Positions 30,646 through 45,442 of a stretch of 64,000 nucleotides of DNA are shown piece after piece (position 1 is the first letter of the stretch; every line of letters starts with the position of its first letter). A program made the translations under genes and the position numbers. The notes below the pieces were generated by a model. The model worked only from the letters and a program-made list of their open reading frames with translations, did no database searches and was not told the origin of the DNA. This stretch comes from Bdellovibrionales bacterium. GTDB lineage: Bacteria; Bdellovibrionota; Bdellovibrionia; Bdellovibrionales; JAUICD01. Location of the stretch: NCBI GenBank assembly GCA_965262715.1, contig OZ253553.1, positions 2,240,001 through 2,304,000 on the forward strand, given 5' to 3'.

Positions 30646-31380
30646 ATGATAAGACTTTCTGATATATCTCTTATTTTCAATGAAGTTAATATTTTATCTT
30701 CTATTTGTCTTAATCTTGAAGCCCAAAAAACTCATGTTTTATTAGGCCCAAGCGGATGTGGCAAATCCACACTTCTAAAAATTATTTTAGGCATTTATAA
30801 GCCAACAAAAGGACAAGTTTTTATCAATAAAACACTTTTAAGTCCTGAAAACCAAAGGCGGTTCGTACAAAAAATAGGTTATTGTGTTCAAGATGGAGGA
30901 CTCTTTCCTTCTCTCACAGCAAAAGATAACATCCTTCTCGTCTCAAAATTAAGAAAAAATGACCCTAAGACAACCCAAGAAAGACTAAAATACCTCTGTG
31001 AGCTTGTTCAAGTAGAAAAAACCACCTTAGAGCTTTATCCATCTACGCTCAGTGGCGGAGAAAAACAAAGAATATCTTTAATGAGAGCTTTGATGTGCGA
31101 TCCTGATATTTTATTGATGGATGAACCACTAGGCGCATTAGATCCCATAAAACGCAACCTTCTTCAAGAAGAATTATACAATATTTTTAAAAAACTAAAA
31201 AAGACTGTCATTTTTGTTACACATGATATTTTTGAGGCTTCCTATTTAAGTCAAAATGTCATTTTGATGTCTAAGAGCACTATTGTTCAAGAAGGTCCTT
31301 TTAAAACACTTGTTACAAATCCTTCCAATAAATTCGTATCTAATTTCATTCAAGCACAAAGAAAAGGACACACGCTATGA
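30646..31380 (+). CDS. Osmoprotectant-type ABC transporter ATPase
   Basis: GPSGCGKST, LSGGE, LMDEPLGALD. Confidence 0.9.
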   Translation: MIRLSDISLIFNEVNILSSICLNLEAQKTHVLLGPSGCGKSTLLKIILGIYKPTKGQVFINKTLLSPENQRRFVQKIGYCVQDGGLFPSLTAKDNILLVSKLRKNDPKTTQERLKYLCELVQVEKTTLELYPSTLSGGEKQRISLMRALMCDPDILLMDEPLGALDPIKRNLLQEELYNIFKKLKKTVIFVTHDIFEASYLSQNVILMSKSTIVQEGPFKTLVTNPSNKFVSNFIQAQRKGHTL

Positions 31381-32861
31381 TGTCATTCATAAAATACCTA
31401 TTTCTTTGTACATTATTCATTGGCATAACAGTTGCCCTTGCCCAAACAGCACAGCAAAGAATTGTTATTGGATCAAAAAATTTTACAGAAAGTTATCTCT
31501 TATCAGAACTGATTGCCCAAAAACTAGAGCAAAAAGGTTTTGTTGTTGAAAGACGATTTGGTTTAGGAGGTACAGGAATGCTTTTTGAAGCTATATCTTC
31601 TGAAGTAATTGATATATACCCTGAGTACACAGGCACTATATCAAAATCTCTACTAAAACAGTCCCAAGCCATAAAAGATTATGACGCCCTTTATCAAAAG
31701 TTATCTGATATGGGTTATGAAATCAGTAAAAGCTTTGGTTTCAACAACACTTACGCTTTAGCAATAAGGCAAGACTCTGCTCAAAAATTACAAATTTCAA
31801 AAATATCTCATTTACAAAAACATCCTCAATTACAAGCAGCATTCAGTCATGAATTTCTTAACAGAGCTGATGGCTATCCTGGCCTTCAACAAACATACGG
31901 TTTGAATTTTTCTAATGTTCGTGGAATCCAACATGCCCTTGCATATAGTGCTTTAAGCTCAAATCAAATTGACTTGACGGATATTTATTCCACTGATGCA
32001 AAAGTGCAATCTTCAAGTTTAAAAGTTTTAGAGGATGATCTTTCTTTTTTTACAGAATACCTTCCTGTAGCATTAGTGAAAAAAGGCTTTAAAAAAAAAT
32101 TTCCAGGAGCTTGGCCGGCTATTCAGAGTTTAGAAAATAGTATAGATGAATCCCTCATAATCAGTATGAACTCAAAAGTGGATATCGATAAATTGCCTTA
32201 TGGAAAAGTCATTGCTGATTTTGTACAACCTCTTTCTAACTTTCAAAGTGACACATTGTTTTCAAGGATCATGAAAAGAACACAAGAACATATTTTATTG
32301 GTACTAATTGCTTCGTTCATTTCTTTATTGATAGGATTTCCTTTAGGTATTATTTCGACAGAACATATTATTTTAGAAAGAATCATACTTAATGTAACAA
32401 GCCTTATACAAACTATTCCATCTTTAGCACTGTTATGTTTACTTATTCCTTTCTTCGGTATAGGAGAAGTATCAGCATTAATAGCTCTCATCCTTTATGG
32501 CCTTCTACCTATAGTTATTAACACCTTTACAGGCATAAAAAGCATAGACAAAAAATACAATGAGGTGGCTTATGCCTTAGGGCTTTCTTGGTGGGAGTCT
32601 CTTATTTATATTAAAATTCCTATCGCTTCTCCTAGTATTTTGGCAGGCATTAAAACCTCTGTTATTATTGGTATTGGAACAGCCACATTATCTGCCTTAA
32701 TTGGGGCTGGAGGATACGGTGTGCCTATTATGACGGGTCTTGCCTTAACAGATACATCTAAAATTTTCGAAGGAGCTATTCCTGCCGCTATAATGGCTAT
32801 TCTAGCTAATCTCATTTTAGAAAAAGTAAATCAAGTACTCATTCCAAACGGATTGAAGTAG
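31377..32861 (+). CDS. Betaine/choline-type ABC substrate-binding plus permease fusion
   Basis: IGSKNFTESY, IDIYPEYTGT, QTIPSLAL, IGAGGYG. Confidence 0.9.
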   Translation: MMSFIKYLFLCTLFIGITVALAQTAQQRIVIGSKNFTESYLLSELIAQKLEQKGFVVERRFGLGGTGMLFEAISSEVIDIYPEYTGTISKSLLKQSQAIKDYDALYQKLSDMGYEISKSFGFNNTYALAIRQDSAQKLQISKISHLQKHPQLQAAFSHEFLNRADGYPGLQQTYGLNFSNVRGIQHALAYSALSSNQIDLTDIYSTDAKVQSSSLKVLEDDLSFFTEYLPVALVKKGFKKKFPGAWPAIQSLENSIDESLIISMNSKVDIDKLPYGKVIADFVQPLSNFQSDTLFSRIMKRTQEHILLVLIASFISLLIGFPLGIISTEHIILERIILNVTSLIQTIPSLALLCLLIPFFGIGEVSALIALILYGLLPIVINTFTGIKSIDKKYNEVAYALGLSWWESLIYIKIPIASPSILAGIKTSVIIGIGTATLSALIGAGGYGVPIMTGLALTDTSKIFEGAIPAAIMAILANLILEKVNQVLIPNGLK

Positions 32862-32892
32862 CTTCACACACATCAAGGATAGCAAGGCATAT

Positions 32893-34053
32893 CTAAAAGT
32901 TAAGGGCTTGATCTAAATCATTAATGAGGTCTTGAAGGTTTTCAATTCCAACACTCATGCGAATAAAATTATCAGTTATTCCAAAGCTTTGACGTATTTC
33001 TTCTGAAAGATAGGCATGGGTCATGATTCCAGGATGTTCTATCAAAGATTCAACAGCGCCTAAACTCTCTGCTAAGTTAAATATCTTAAGTTTGCTCAAA
33101 AAAGTTTTAGTCTCTTTAAGACCTCCCTTAATATAAAAGCTAATCATTCCTCCAAAACCATACATTTGTTTTTGAGCAAGATCATATTGCGGATGACTTT
33201 TAAGTCCAGGATAAATAACATTTTCTACTTTAGGATGATCTTCTAAAAAATTGGCAACTTTTTGTGCGTTAAAATCATGCGCTTTCATACGAAGACTTAA
33301 TGTTTTTAAAGATCGCAAACACATAAAGCTATCAAAAGGAGAGGCAATAGCTCCAAGAGCGTTTTGTAAGAAATACAAGCTTTCAGCTAAATTCTTATCT
33401 TTTACTGCAATAAATCCGCCGATGACGTCACTATGCCCACCAATATACTTAGATGTAGAATGATAACTAACATCTGCCCCTAATAAAAGAGGTCTTTGAA
33501 AAAAGGGGCTCATAAAAGTATTATCAACTGCTACTAAAACACCTCTTTTCCTAGCTATTTGAGATACCTTTTCTATATCAACAAGTTTCAATGTAGGGTT
33601 GCTGGGAGTTTCTATCCAAACACATTTAGTGTTCTCACAAATAGTATCTTCAAATTTTTGAATATCAGATAAATCTACAAAATCAGCTTGAAGCCCCTGG
33701 TTTTTTACAAATTGATCAATCAGCCTCACTGAGCCACCATAAATATTGTCCATAGATATGATATGATCACCTGTTTTAAAAACATGAAGTAAAGTCGTAA
33801 ACGCGCTGCAACCTGATGCGAACGCAAGGCCATAGTTACCAGATTCTAAATTTGCCAAACATTTTTCATAAGCCGTCCGTGTAGGATTACCACTGCGCGC
33901 ATATTCATAACCCGCATGCTCCCCAGGAGCTTCTTGAACAAAAGTTGTTGCAAGTGTAATAGGAGTGATCACAGCTCCTGTGATTTTATCTGGCTTTTGA
34001 CCAGCATAAATAGCTCTTGTCTCAAAATCCAAGTCTTTAAACTCCATATTCAT
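32893..34053 (-). CDS. Cystathionine gamma-lyase/synthase (PLP-dependent)
   Basis: YEYARSGNPTR, ETPSNP, HSTSKYIGGHSD, AESLG. Confidence 0.92.
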   Translation of the reverse strand: MNMEFKDLDFETRAIYAGQKPDKITGAVITPITLATTFVQEAPGEHAGYEYARSGNPTRTAYEKCLANLESGNYGLAFASGCSAFTTLLHVFKTGDHIISMDNIYGGSVRLIDQFVKNQGLQADFVDLSDIQKFEDTICENTKCVWIETPSNPTLKLVDIEKVSQIARKRGVLVAVDNTFMSPFFQRPLLLGADVSYHSTSKYIGGHSDVIGGFIAVKDKNLAESLYFLQNALGAIASPFDSFMCLRSLKTLSLRMKAHDFNAQKVANFLEDHPKVENVIYPGLKSHPQYDLAQKQMYGFGGMISFYIKGGLKETKTFLSKLKIFNLAESLGAVESLIEHPGIMTHAYLSEEIRQSFGITDNFIRMSVGIENLQDLINDLDQALNF

Positions 34054-34126
34054 CCTTTAATTAGAACTCATCTCAAAATTAATTCTAATGTCCACGTTTT
34101 CAAAAAACAATTTAACAAACAATCTC

Positions 34127-35524
34127 TCATTTTCCAATACAAAATTCAGCAAAAACTCTATCCATAACTTCATCATTAAATTCTTTTCCTAATAGAGTAA
34201 AAAGGGATTTAAGCCCTATTTGTAACTCCAAAGCAATCAGTTCTAAGCTTTCATCTTTTTCTAAAAGAAAAATGCTTTTTTTAAGATTTTCTTGAAGCAC
34301 CTTTAAACATTCTATCTGTCTTGCCTGCATAATAACAACGGATCTATCTTCAAAAGTGTCTTCTAATATCTGGCCAATGGACCTTTTAATATCTTCTATC
34401 CCTTCTCCTGTTTTATTTGAAATAGCAATGTCTTCTTTAAATAAGCTAGCATTATTTGTAATTAAGTCTTTCTTACTCCTTACCTTAATTACGGAAACTG
34501 AAGGTAACCCTTTTAAAATACGCTGATCTTCCATAAAAAATTTTTTAGAAGAGTTTTCATTTATATCTGTAACAAAAATTAAAAGATCTGCATCTAAAAT
34601 AGCTTTTTCCGCCTTTTGAACACCTATTTTTTCAACGATCCCCTTCGTTTCCCTTAACCCCGCTGTATCTATTAATCGAACAAAACATCCATTTATGATA
34701 ATTTGTTCTTCTATCAAGTCTCTTGTTGTACCTGAAATATATGAAACAATAGATTTGTCTTTTTCTGTTAAACAGTTCAATAAACTAGACTTACCCACAT
34801 TTGGTCTTCCAATAATGGCTATCTGATATCCTTCTTTAAGAATTCTTCCAGCTTTATAACTACAAACCAAAGAATCTATAACCTCTAATATACCTTTTAA
34901 TGTACATAAAACTTCTTTAACATTTAAAGGTTTTATGTCTTCTGTGGTAAAATCGATATTCGCTTCGATAAGCGACAAAACTAATGTGAGATCATCTGCT
35001 ATTTTTTTAAGGTCTTTACTTAATTTCCCTCTTAATTGCTGCAGAGATTGCTGCCTGCTTTTAACAGACTGCGATTCAATCAAACTTAACACGCTTTCTG
35101 CTTGCACAAGATCTATTTTCCCATTGATAAAAGCTCTATATGTGAACTCTCCGGGTTTTGCCAGTCGCGCTCCAACCTCTAATAAAGCGTCTATTATCTC
35201 TTTGACAATAAGAGGGCTGCCATGACAGGATACTTCAATGAGAGTTTCTCCTGTATAAGACCTATCATTCAAAAACACGGTAACTAAAACTTCATCAATC
35301 AATTTATCAACATGCTTCTTAGATTTTACTTTTAATGCACCAAAATAAGCCTTATGTGATTCTAAATCATTTGGTAAAAATCGAGCAATTTTTCTAACAA
35401 TTTCTATGCTGTGAGGGCCACTGATGCGAACAACTGAAATACCTCCTCTACCTTGAGGTGTAGCCAGTGCGCAAATCGTATCGCTATCACCTAACAGATA
35501 GGAGTTTGCCATTATAAATTCCAC
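34127..35524 (-). CDS. mnmE: tRNA modification GTPase MnmE
   Basis: DTICALATP, GRPNVGKSS, GTTRD, DTAG, C-terminal FCIGK. Confidence 0.97.
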   Translation of the reverse strand: MEFIMANSYLLGDSDTICALATPQGRGGISVVRISGPHSIEIVRKIARFLPNDLESHKAYFGALKVKSKKHVDKLIDEVLVTVFLNDRSYTGETLIEVSCHGSPLIVKEIIDALLEVGARLAKPGEFTYRAFINGKIDLVQAESVLSLIESQSVKSRQQSLQQLRGKLSKDLKKIADDLTLVLSLIEANIDFTTEDIKPLNVKEVLCTLKGILEVIDSLVCSYKAGRILKEGYQIAIIGRPNVGKSSLLNCLTEKDKSIVSYISGTTRDLIEEQIIINGCFVRLIDTAGLRETKGIVEKIGVQKAEKAILDADLLIFVTDINENSSKKFFMEDQRILKGLPSVSVIKVRSKKDLITNNASLFKEDIAISNKTGEGIEDIKRSIGQILEDTFEDRSVVIMQARQIECLKVLQENLKKSIFLLEKDESLELIALELQIGLKSLFTLLGKEFNDEVMDRVFAEFCIGK

Positions 35525-35535
35525 AAAATGAAAGC

Positions 35536-36093
35536 TTACCTGTCCCTTTTTTTGTCACCATAGGATGATCTTGACTTGAAATTAGAATAGCCTGAAGGAA
35601 TAATTTTAATTTTTTTATAATAATCATCTCCAACAGATTGTGTTTTAATGCGAGAATCATTTGATAAGTGTCTATGTACCATGCGGCGCAATCTTGGAGA
35701 CAATGGCTTCAAATAAACACTCTTTTTATTTCTTAAAGCAGCCGCTTTCAACCTGTCTACCATCTGTAAAAGATCTTGATGAGAATTATCACGAAATCCT
35801 TTTGAATCTAACTGTAGAGGAACTTTCTCATCAGGAAATTTATGTTGAAGAGTTTTTTTGATAAAAAACTGAAAGGCATCTAAAAACTGCCCTCCTCTTT
35901 TCTTTAATAAAGCCTCATCTTCTCCCTCAAGTTCTATTAATATAGAATCTTCTTTTTCTTGAAAAATAGTATAAGAAAGATTAAAACGCCCTTTTTTTAT
36001 AACCTCTTTTAATCTTTCTTCAGTAAAATCAATAACCTTTGTATATTTTTTCTTTGCAAATACCTTAGTCAATATATTTGAAAACAAACCCAT
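35536..36093 (-). CDS. jag: Jag/KhpB-type KH-R3H RNA-binding protein (short form)
   Basis: R3H motif RRMVH; position between yidC and mnmE. Confidence 0.8.
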   Translation of the reverse strand: MGLFSNILTKVFAKKKYTKVIDFTEERLKEVIKKGRFNLSYTIFQEKEDSILIELEGEDEALLKKRGGQFLDAFQFFIKKTLQHKFPDEKVPLQLDSKGFRDNSHQDLLQMVDRLKAAALRNKKSVYLKPLSPRLRRMVHRHLSNDSRIKTQSVGDDYYKKIKIIPSGYSNFKSRSSYGDKKRDR

Positions 36094-36108
36094 TAAGAGC
36101 CTCCTTCT

Positions 36109-37731
36109 TTAGCTTTTCACATCAAGAGGTTTCCGATCCTCTCGCATTAAAATCAATTGCTGAACAATACTAAATAAGCTTCCAACAAAAATATAAAGAG
36201 CAAGCCCACTAGGATAAAAAACCATCAACAGAGAAAAAATCACTGCAACGACAAGAAGCATCTTTTTAACATGAGGCTCAGCAGTGGTTGGTGATACCAT
36301 TTGATGTAAGATCATTGATAATGCCATTAATACCGGGAGTACAAAATAAGGGTCTGGTTCACTTAAATCTGTAATCCAAAGAAAAAATGGGGCTTGATAA
36401 AACTCAATGGCATTTCCAAGCACCTTAAAAAGTGCAAAAAACACTGGAATCTGTAAAAGCATTGGGAGACAACCTCCAATAGGATTGGCTCCATCTTCTT
36501 TCATTAACTGCATTGTTGCTTTATTGAGATTTTCTTTATCATCTTTATGTTTCTCTTTTAATTCTTTGATGCGTGGTTGAAGTTTTTGAAGTTTTTTCAT
36601 AGATCTGTATGACATAATATTAAATGGCAACAAAAGCAATCGAACAAAAAGTGTCATTAAAATAATAGCCACCCCCCAATTCCCAAAATAATGGTAGAAA
36701 AACTTCACTAAGTCCATTATAGGATGAGCTATCCAAGAAAAAAAGCCATAATCTAAGACATCTTTGAGACGAGGATCTGTAGCCATAAGAATCTCTTTTT
36801 GCTTAGGGCCTACAAAAACATCCTGCTTAATAACAAATGATTGAACATTTTTAGGAAACAAATAGGATAACCGAGCAGATGCAACTTTTGAAACACCATT
36901 ATAAATGAGATGAGCTTCTGGAAACACTTCAGAATCATCAATAATTGTCCTTGTAAAATAATGTGTATCTAAGCTTAACAAACCCACTTGATTAAAATGC
37001 TCTTCGATGAGGTTCTCTGTAAGATAATCTCTTTTAGAACTTGTAGTATAGACAACATAATAACTATTTGTGTCATAAATAGGGATAAGAGGAATGCTGT
37101 TTTCTTGTATTTGAATTTTTTCCTTAAAAATTGTTTCAATACCCTGCACACGAGATAAATCTCCAAGAAGCTCAATAGTAAGTGAAATTAAATACTTTTC
37201 TTGATGAACAGTGATTGTTTTTTTTATCTTTATACCATCGGACTGCGCTTGACCTAAAAACACATTTTTTGTACTGCCTTTCTGAACATCAAAAATAAGA
37301 GGTTTATTTTGACCAATTACTCCCGTAGCTAAAAAAGGGGTGCCTAGATCAGAAGGAAAAGAAATTATATTTCCCTCTTTATTTTTATACTTATTAATTA
37401 AAACATTCTTTAATCCAAGACCAAAGTTAGATATATCGAAAGATAAGGTTTCTGATTTAAAACTCAATAAATCCTCTTTTATTTCTAAGTCATCTATATC
37501 ACTTAGCTTTTTACTATTATCTGAGACGCCAACACTGCCTTGATTAAAAAGCTGCTTGTTTTGATCTTCGACTTGAGTGGTTTCTGTTACTTGATTTTGT
37601 CTCTGTCGTTCATAGTAATTAGGATATTTACTACGCATATAACTCTGCCATAAAATCAACATGCCAAAGCAAAGAACAATCACTAAAATCATTTTGGGAT
37701 CCAAAAAAGATGTCTTATTATCCTGACTCAC
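36109..37731 (-). CDS. yidC: Membrane protein insertase YidC
   Basis: NWGVAII, GANPIGGCLPMLLQIP, WITDLSEPDP. Confidence 0.97.
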   Translation of the reverse strand: MSQDNKTSFLDPKMILVIVLCFGMLILWQSYMRSKYPNYYERQRQNQVTETTQVEDQNKQLFNQGSVGVSDNSKKLSDIDDLEIKEDLLSFKSETLSFDISNFGLGLKNVLINKYKNKEGNIISFPSDLGTPFLATGVIGQNKPLIFDVQKGSTKNVFLGQAQSDGIKIKKTITVHQEKYLISLTIELLGDLSRVQGIETIFKEKIQIQENSIPLIPIYDTNSYYVVYTTSSKRDYLTENLIEEHFNQVGLLSLDTHYFTRTIIDDSEVFPEAHLIYNGVSKVASARLSYLFPKNVQSFVIKQDVFVGPKQKEILMATDPRLKDVLDYGFFSWIAHPIMDLVKFFYHYFGNWGVAIILMTLFVRLLLLPFNIMSYRSMKKLQKLQPRIKELKEKHKDDKENLNKATMQLMKEDGANPIGGCLPMLLQIPVFFALFKVLGNAIEFYQAPFFLWITDLSEPDPYFVLPVLMALSMILHQMVSPTTAEPHVKKMLLVVAVIFSLLMVFYPSGLALYIFVGSLFSIVQQLILMREDRKPLDVKS

Positions 37732-37988
37732 TTGTTACCTCTTTTATCGATTGATTTTTTGGGATAAGGATCATATCCAAAATCACCAAATGGATGGCAT
37801 CTTATAACTCTTATAACAGAAAAAACAAGGGCTTTAATAAAAGAGTCAACTTTAAATCCTTCCAAAGCATAATCAGAACAAGAAGGAATATAACGACAAC
37901 ATCCTCCCATCCATAGCGAAAAGATAGCCTTATAAGAAATAATAAGAAGGAGTACTAAATTTTTAGCAATTTGCTCTACATATCTCAT
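37728..37988 (-). CDS. yidD: Membrane protein insertion efficiency factor YidD
   Basis: CRYIPSCSDY, RCHPF..GYDP. Confidence 0.93.
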   Translation of the reverse strand: MRYVEQIAKNLVLLLIISYKAIFSLWMGGCCRYIPSCSDYALEGFKVDSFIKALVFSVIRVIRCHPFGDFGYDPYPKKSIDKRGNK

Positions 37989-38031
37989 AAAATATTAATA
38001 TTTGACAAAAATAAATCTTACTTTTTGAGGA

Positions 38032-38367
38032 TTAATTATTTTTTCTTATTAAGAGTAATCCTTTCTCTAAAGATGCGATCAATTCATTATATTTGATTTT
38101 TTTATAAAAACTTTTATCTTGAGGCTTTAAAATAATATTTATATCCATACATAAATTATTATATTTTTGAAGTTTTTCTCTAAAATATTGTCTATACCAC
38201 CTCTTAAATTTATTTCTCACAACAGCAGTGCCTATATGTCTTGATATAGTCCACCCTAACCTTACCTTTGTTTGATTATTTTTTAGAAAACTTAGACACA
38301 TCCACTTATTAGGATAAACTTTCATCCCTTTTTGTTTTAAACGTTGAAAATCACTAGAATGTAGTAT
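38032..38367 (-). CDS. rnpA: RNase P protein component (start uncertain)
   Basis: RLGWTISR..GTAVVRNKFKR; frame is open upstream of the ATG at 38325. Confidence 0.85.
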   Translation of the reverse strand: MLHSSDFQRLKQKGMKVYPNKWMCLSFLKNNQTKVRLGWTISRHIGTAVVRNKFKRWYRQYFREKLQKYNNLCMDINIILKPQDKSFYKKIKYNELIASLEKGLLLIRKNN

Positions 38368-38401
38368 AAGCGTGTTACCTTTTAATGATTTCCTTGATAA
38401 T

Positions 38402-38551
38402 CTATTTACCGCCTACAGAAACAGACAACATTTTTCTACCCTTAAATCGTCTTCTAGACAAAACTTTTTGGCCATTTCTTGTTGACATTCTCAACCTAAA
38501 GCCATGGACATTTTTTCTATGTCTCCTACTAGGCTGGTATGTTCTTTTCAT
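38402..38551 (-). CDS. rpmH: 50S ribosomal protein L34 (absent from the ORF track)
   Basis: Translated by hand: [49 protein letters not shown]. Confidence 0.97.
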   Translation of the reverse strand: MKRTYQPSRRHRKNVHGFRLRMSTRNGQKVLSRRRFKGRKMLSVSVGGK

Positions 38552-39074
38552 AATTACCTACACAATTCATAAGCTGTCATCTATTATTTACCAACAATAG
38601 AAGTAAATAAACAACATTTATAATACACTAACAATTTACTCATTTGTCAAGCAATTCACCTAGTGCACCATATCTCTATATAGAACACAATTATAATTTA
38701 CAATATTGAATGGCTTTATTACGTAAATATTAAGCTTAATGATCTAAAATAAGGTTTGTGCAACAAAGCCATATTGAATCATTCTAAATAACGTAATAAA
38801 CATCTCTCCATTAAAAATAATAAATATTTCAGTTCTATATTTTTTATTTAAGCGATACAAAAAGGCAGTTATAAGTTTTATTATAATAAATTCAATTATT
38901 TATCTTAAAAACACTCTTTTTGATGTACAAAAAAAATAATTATGACTCACAACATTAAATCTTCTCACACTTGGTAAAGTTAAATAATTTATATACTTCT
39001 ACACTCTTTTTATATTTTATCGAGTGTTTCAAAAATCTTTTTAATTCATAGCTAATAAGCAAGGAGTATATATC

Positions 39075-40496
39075 TTGAATAAAGAAGTTTGGAATCAAGT
39101 TAAAAGTAATTTATATGTAAAAAACTACAATAATCCAACATTCAATGCCTTACTAGAGTCTTTAAATCCTGTCGATAAATCTATAGACTCTTCAGAAGCA
39201 CAAATTAAGTTTACAGTCCCTACAAGGTATCATAAAAACTTAATCAAAGATCATATTATTATAGATCAAATAAAAAAAGAGTTATCTAAATTTTACCAAT
39301 CAGGATTTCAACTAGAATTAAAAATAGAAACATTAAAAAAAGAAGAGAAAGTCCCTTCAAAACAATTAAAATTTAATCAAATTGGATTTTTTACAAGTTT
39401 AGAAAAATTAAAAAACAACTCCTTAGAAACACAACAAACCAATAAAGAAACTCTAAAAAAAGAGCCTTTAAGAAACGACTTTACATTCAATACTTTTGTT
39501 GTAGGACCTAATAATGAATTTGCACATGCTGCATCATTTCAAGCTTCAGAAAATCCTGGAGAATTAAAATACAATCCTCTATTTGTTTTTGGCCCTACAG
39601 GACTTGGAAAAACACACCTACTTAACGCTATTGGAAACCACATAAAACAAAAAAAATCTCAAACAAGAGTTGTTTATATTTCAGCAGAAAGCTTTCTTAA
39701 AGAATGTGTTACTGCCTTACGTTATAAAAAAATGGATAGCTTTCAAGAAAAATATCGTGAAAATGCAGATGTTCTTTTAGTGGATGATATTCATACCCTA
39801 GGTAGAGGTACTGTCGCTCAAGAAGAATTTTTTCATGTACTCAATTCATTATTACAGTTAAAAAAACAAATTGTTGTAGCTTGTGATCGAATGCCAAAAG
39901 AATTAAATGGTTTAGAAGACCGTATTCAAACTCGTTTAGAAGGCGGATTAATAGTAAGTATTGAGATACCTGACTTGGAAACAAAAATGGCTATTTTACG
40001 TTATAAATCAGAAGCTATGTCTTTAAATATCTCTAATGAAATTATCCAATATTTAGCAAGCATCTCTAATAGATCTATACGTGAATTAGAAGGAAATCTT
40101 AATAAAGTTAGAATGTTCTCTCAATTACAAGGTTTAAGTATCTCAATTGACATGGTTAAACGTGTCCTCAATCACAATGAAAGCCTAAATACACTAACTA
40201 CTGAAAAGATTCAAAAGATTGTAAGTGATGCTTTTAATATAAAACTTACTGACTTAAAGTCAAAAAATAGGCAAAAGCAAATAGTTACAGCAAGGCAAAT
40301 TGCTATGAAACTTATACAAAAATATCTCAAAAAAACATTAAAAGATATAGGGCGAGCTTTTGGAGGAAAAGATCACTCAACAGTTTTAAATAATATAAAA
40401 AAAATAGATTTTAAGTTATCAAAAGATAGTGAATTAATGAGTATTTTCAATAAGATAGAATCCTCTATCCACAAAATAACACCTATAGAAATGTGA
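39075..40496 (+). CDS. dnaA: Replication initiator DnaA
   Basis: YNPLFVFGPTGLGKTHL, QEEFFH, FGGKDHSTV. Confidence 0.98.
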   Translation: MNKEVWNQVKSNLYVKNYNNPTFNALLESLNPVDKSIDSSEAQIKFTVPTRYHKNLIKDHIIIDQIKKELSKFYQSGFQLELKIETLKKEEKVPSKQLKFNQIGFFTSLEKLKNNSLETQQTNKETLKKEPLRNDFTFNTFVVGPNNEFAHAASFQASENPGELKYNPLFVFGPTGLGKTHLLNAIGNHIKQKKSQTRVVYISAESFLKECVTALRYKKMDSFQEKYRENADVLLVDDIHTLGRGTVAQEEFFHVLNSLLQLKKQIVVACDRMPKELNGLEDRIQTRLEGGLIVSIEIPDLETKMAILRYKSEAMSLNISNEIIQYLASISNRSIRELEGNLNKVRMFSQLQGLSISIDMVKRVLNHNESLNTLTTEKIQKIVSDAFNIKLTDLKSKNRQKQIVTARQIAMKLIQKYLKKTLKDIGRAFGGKDHSTVLNNIKKIDFKLSKDSELMSIFNKIESSIHKITPIEM

Positions 40497-40700
40497 TTTC
40501 ATCTAACTATGTGGATAAGTATGAAAATAAAAATGTGGATTATTATAATGTGGATATAAGTTAAGTTATGCAACTACTTAGTTATAAAGTTATAAAATAA
40601 ATAAAGTAAATAATTACAATATTTTATATTAGTTTTGTACAAAATAACATATACCTATTATTACTATTATATATTTATATTTTATATTAATATATATGGA
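40465..40700. other. Probable oriC
   Basis: DnaA boxes CTATCCACA 40465, TGTGGATAA 40510, TGTGGATTA 40534, TGTGGATAT 40549; AT-rich tract with trio-like repeats 40655-40670; by eye the + strand turns from C-rich to G-rich here. Confidence 0.85.
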
Positions 40701-40708
40701 GAAGTATT

Positions 40709-41842
40709 ATGAATGTAAAGGTCAACCAAGAAGACCTTCTTGGTTTAATTAGTAAAACACAAAATATAGTTGAAAAAAGAACAACTATGCCTATTTTAAG
40801 TCATGTCCTTTTAGAAGCTAAGGATGGATACTTAAAAGTTTATGTTACTGATTTAGAAATTAGTTTAACAAATAAAATAAAAGTAGATATTATTGAAGAT
40901 GGAAAAGTTGTTGTTGATTCTAAAAAATTCTATCAAATTATTAAAGAACTTCAAAACTGTGTTATTACACTAGTCAAAAAAGATGAACAATTACAGATAT
41001 CTTATCTTAAAACATGTATTAATATTATGAGTTTAAAAGTTGAGGAATATCCTACTTTTCCTTTAACTCAATCAAAAAATCCTTTATATATTCAATCAAC
41101 AGTTTTAAAAGAAATGATAGAAAAAACAATTTATAGCATTTCTCATAATGAATCAAGATATCAGTTAAATGGAGTTTATTTTGAACAGTTTAAGGATAAA
41201 TCTAAACTATTTTATAAAATGGTTTCTACAGATGGACATCGTTTAAGTCTGATTACAAGGCTTGTAAATAATAAAGATAATAATTCTAATAAAGATATGA
41301 CAGGTTTTAAAGGGGTTATTATTCCTCGTAAAGGTTTAAATGAGATAAAAAGGCTTTTAGATAAAACTCATGACAAGATAGAGGTTTATATTGAAGGGGT
41401 TCAATTAATAGTTAAACAAGGAGATACTTTTTTACTTATTCGGCTTATTGAAGGATCTTTTCCTCAATATGAGTTATTTATTCCTAAAAAAAGTGATAAG
41501 AAAGTTCAAGTATTAAAGGAAAAATTAATTTCATCTTTAAAATTAGCTTCGATTTTAACAAGTGAAAAATCAAGAAGTGTTAAGTTTTTTTTATCTCAAA
41601 ATAAATTAGAGATCACATCTGAAAACCCAGATTTAGGTAATATAAAAGAAGAGTTAGATGTCTTTTATGATAATAAAAATGATATAACAATTGAATTTAA
41701 TGTTCAGTATTTATTAGACTTTTTAAATTCTTTTGAAGATGAAACTGTCTATATTGGTCTTAATAATAATGAAGAGGGTGGAATTTTTCATCCTTTAAAT
41801 GATAAAGATTATATGTGTGTTATTATGCCTATGAAAATATAA
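40709..41842 (+). CDS. dnaN: DNA polymerase III beta clamp
   Basis: TMPILS, STDGHRLS, RLIEGSFP, VIMPMK. Confidence 0.97.
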   Translation: MNVKVNQEDLLGLISKTQNIVEKRTTMPILSHVLLEAKDGYLKVYVTDLEISLTNKIKVDIIEDGKVVVDSKKFYQIIKELQNCVITLVKKDEQLQISYLKTCINIMSLKVEEYPTFPLTQSKNPLYIQSTVLKEMIEKTIYSISHNESRYQLNGVYFEQFKDKSKLFYKMVSTDGHRLSLITRLVNNKDNNSNKDMTGFKGVIIPRKGLNEIKRLLDKTHDKIEVYIEGVQLIVKQGDTFLLIRLIEGSFPQYELFIPKKSDKKVQVLKEKLISSLKLASILTSEKSRSVKFFLSQNKLEITSENPDLGNIKEELDVFYDNKNDITIEFNVQYLLDFLNSFEDETVYIGLNNNEEGGIFHPLNDKDYMCVIMPMKI

Positions 41843-41846
41843 ATGA

Positions 41847-45411
<3,565 letters not shown>

Positions 45412-45442
45412 AAAATCTGGCGATATAGTTGAAGATTACAGT

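Noticed and set aside
38385..38600. 71-aa plus-strand ORF
   Set aside because: Antisense shadow of rpmH
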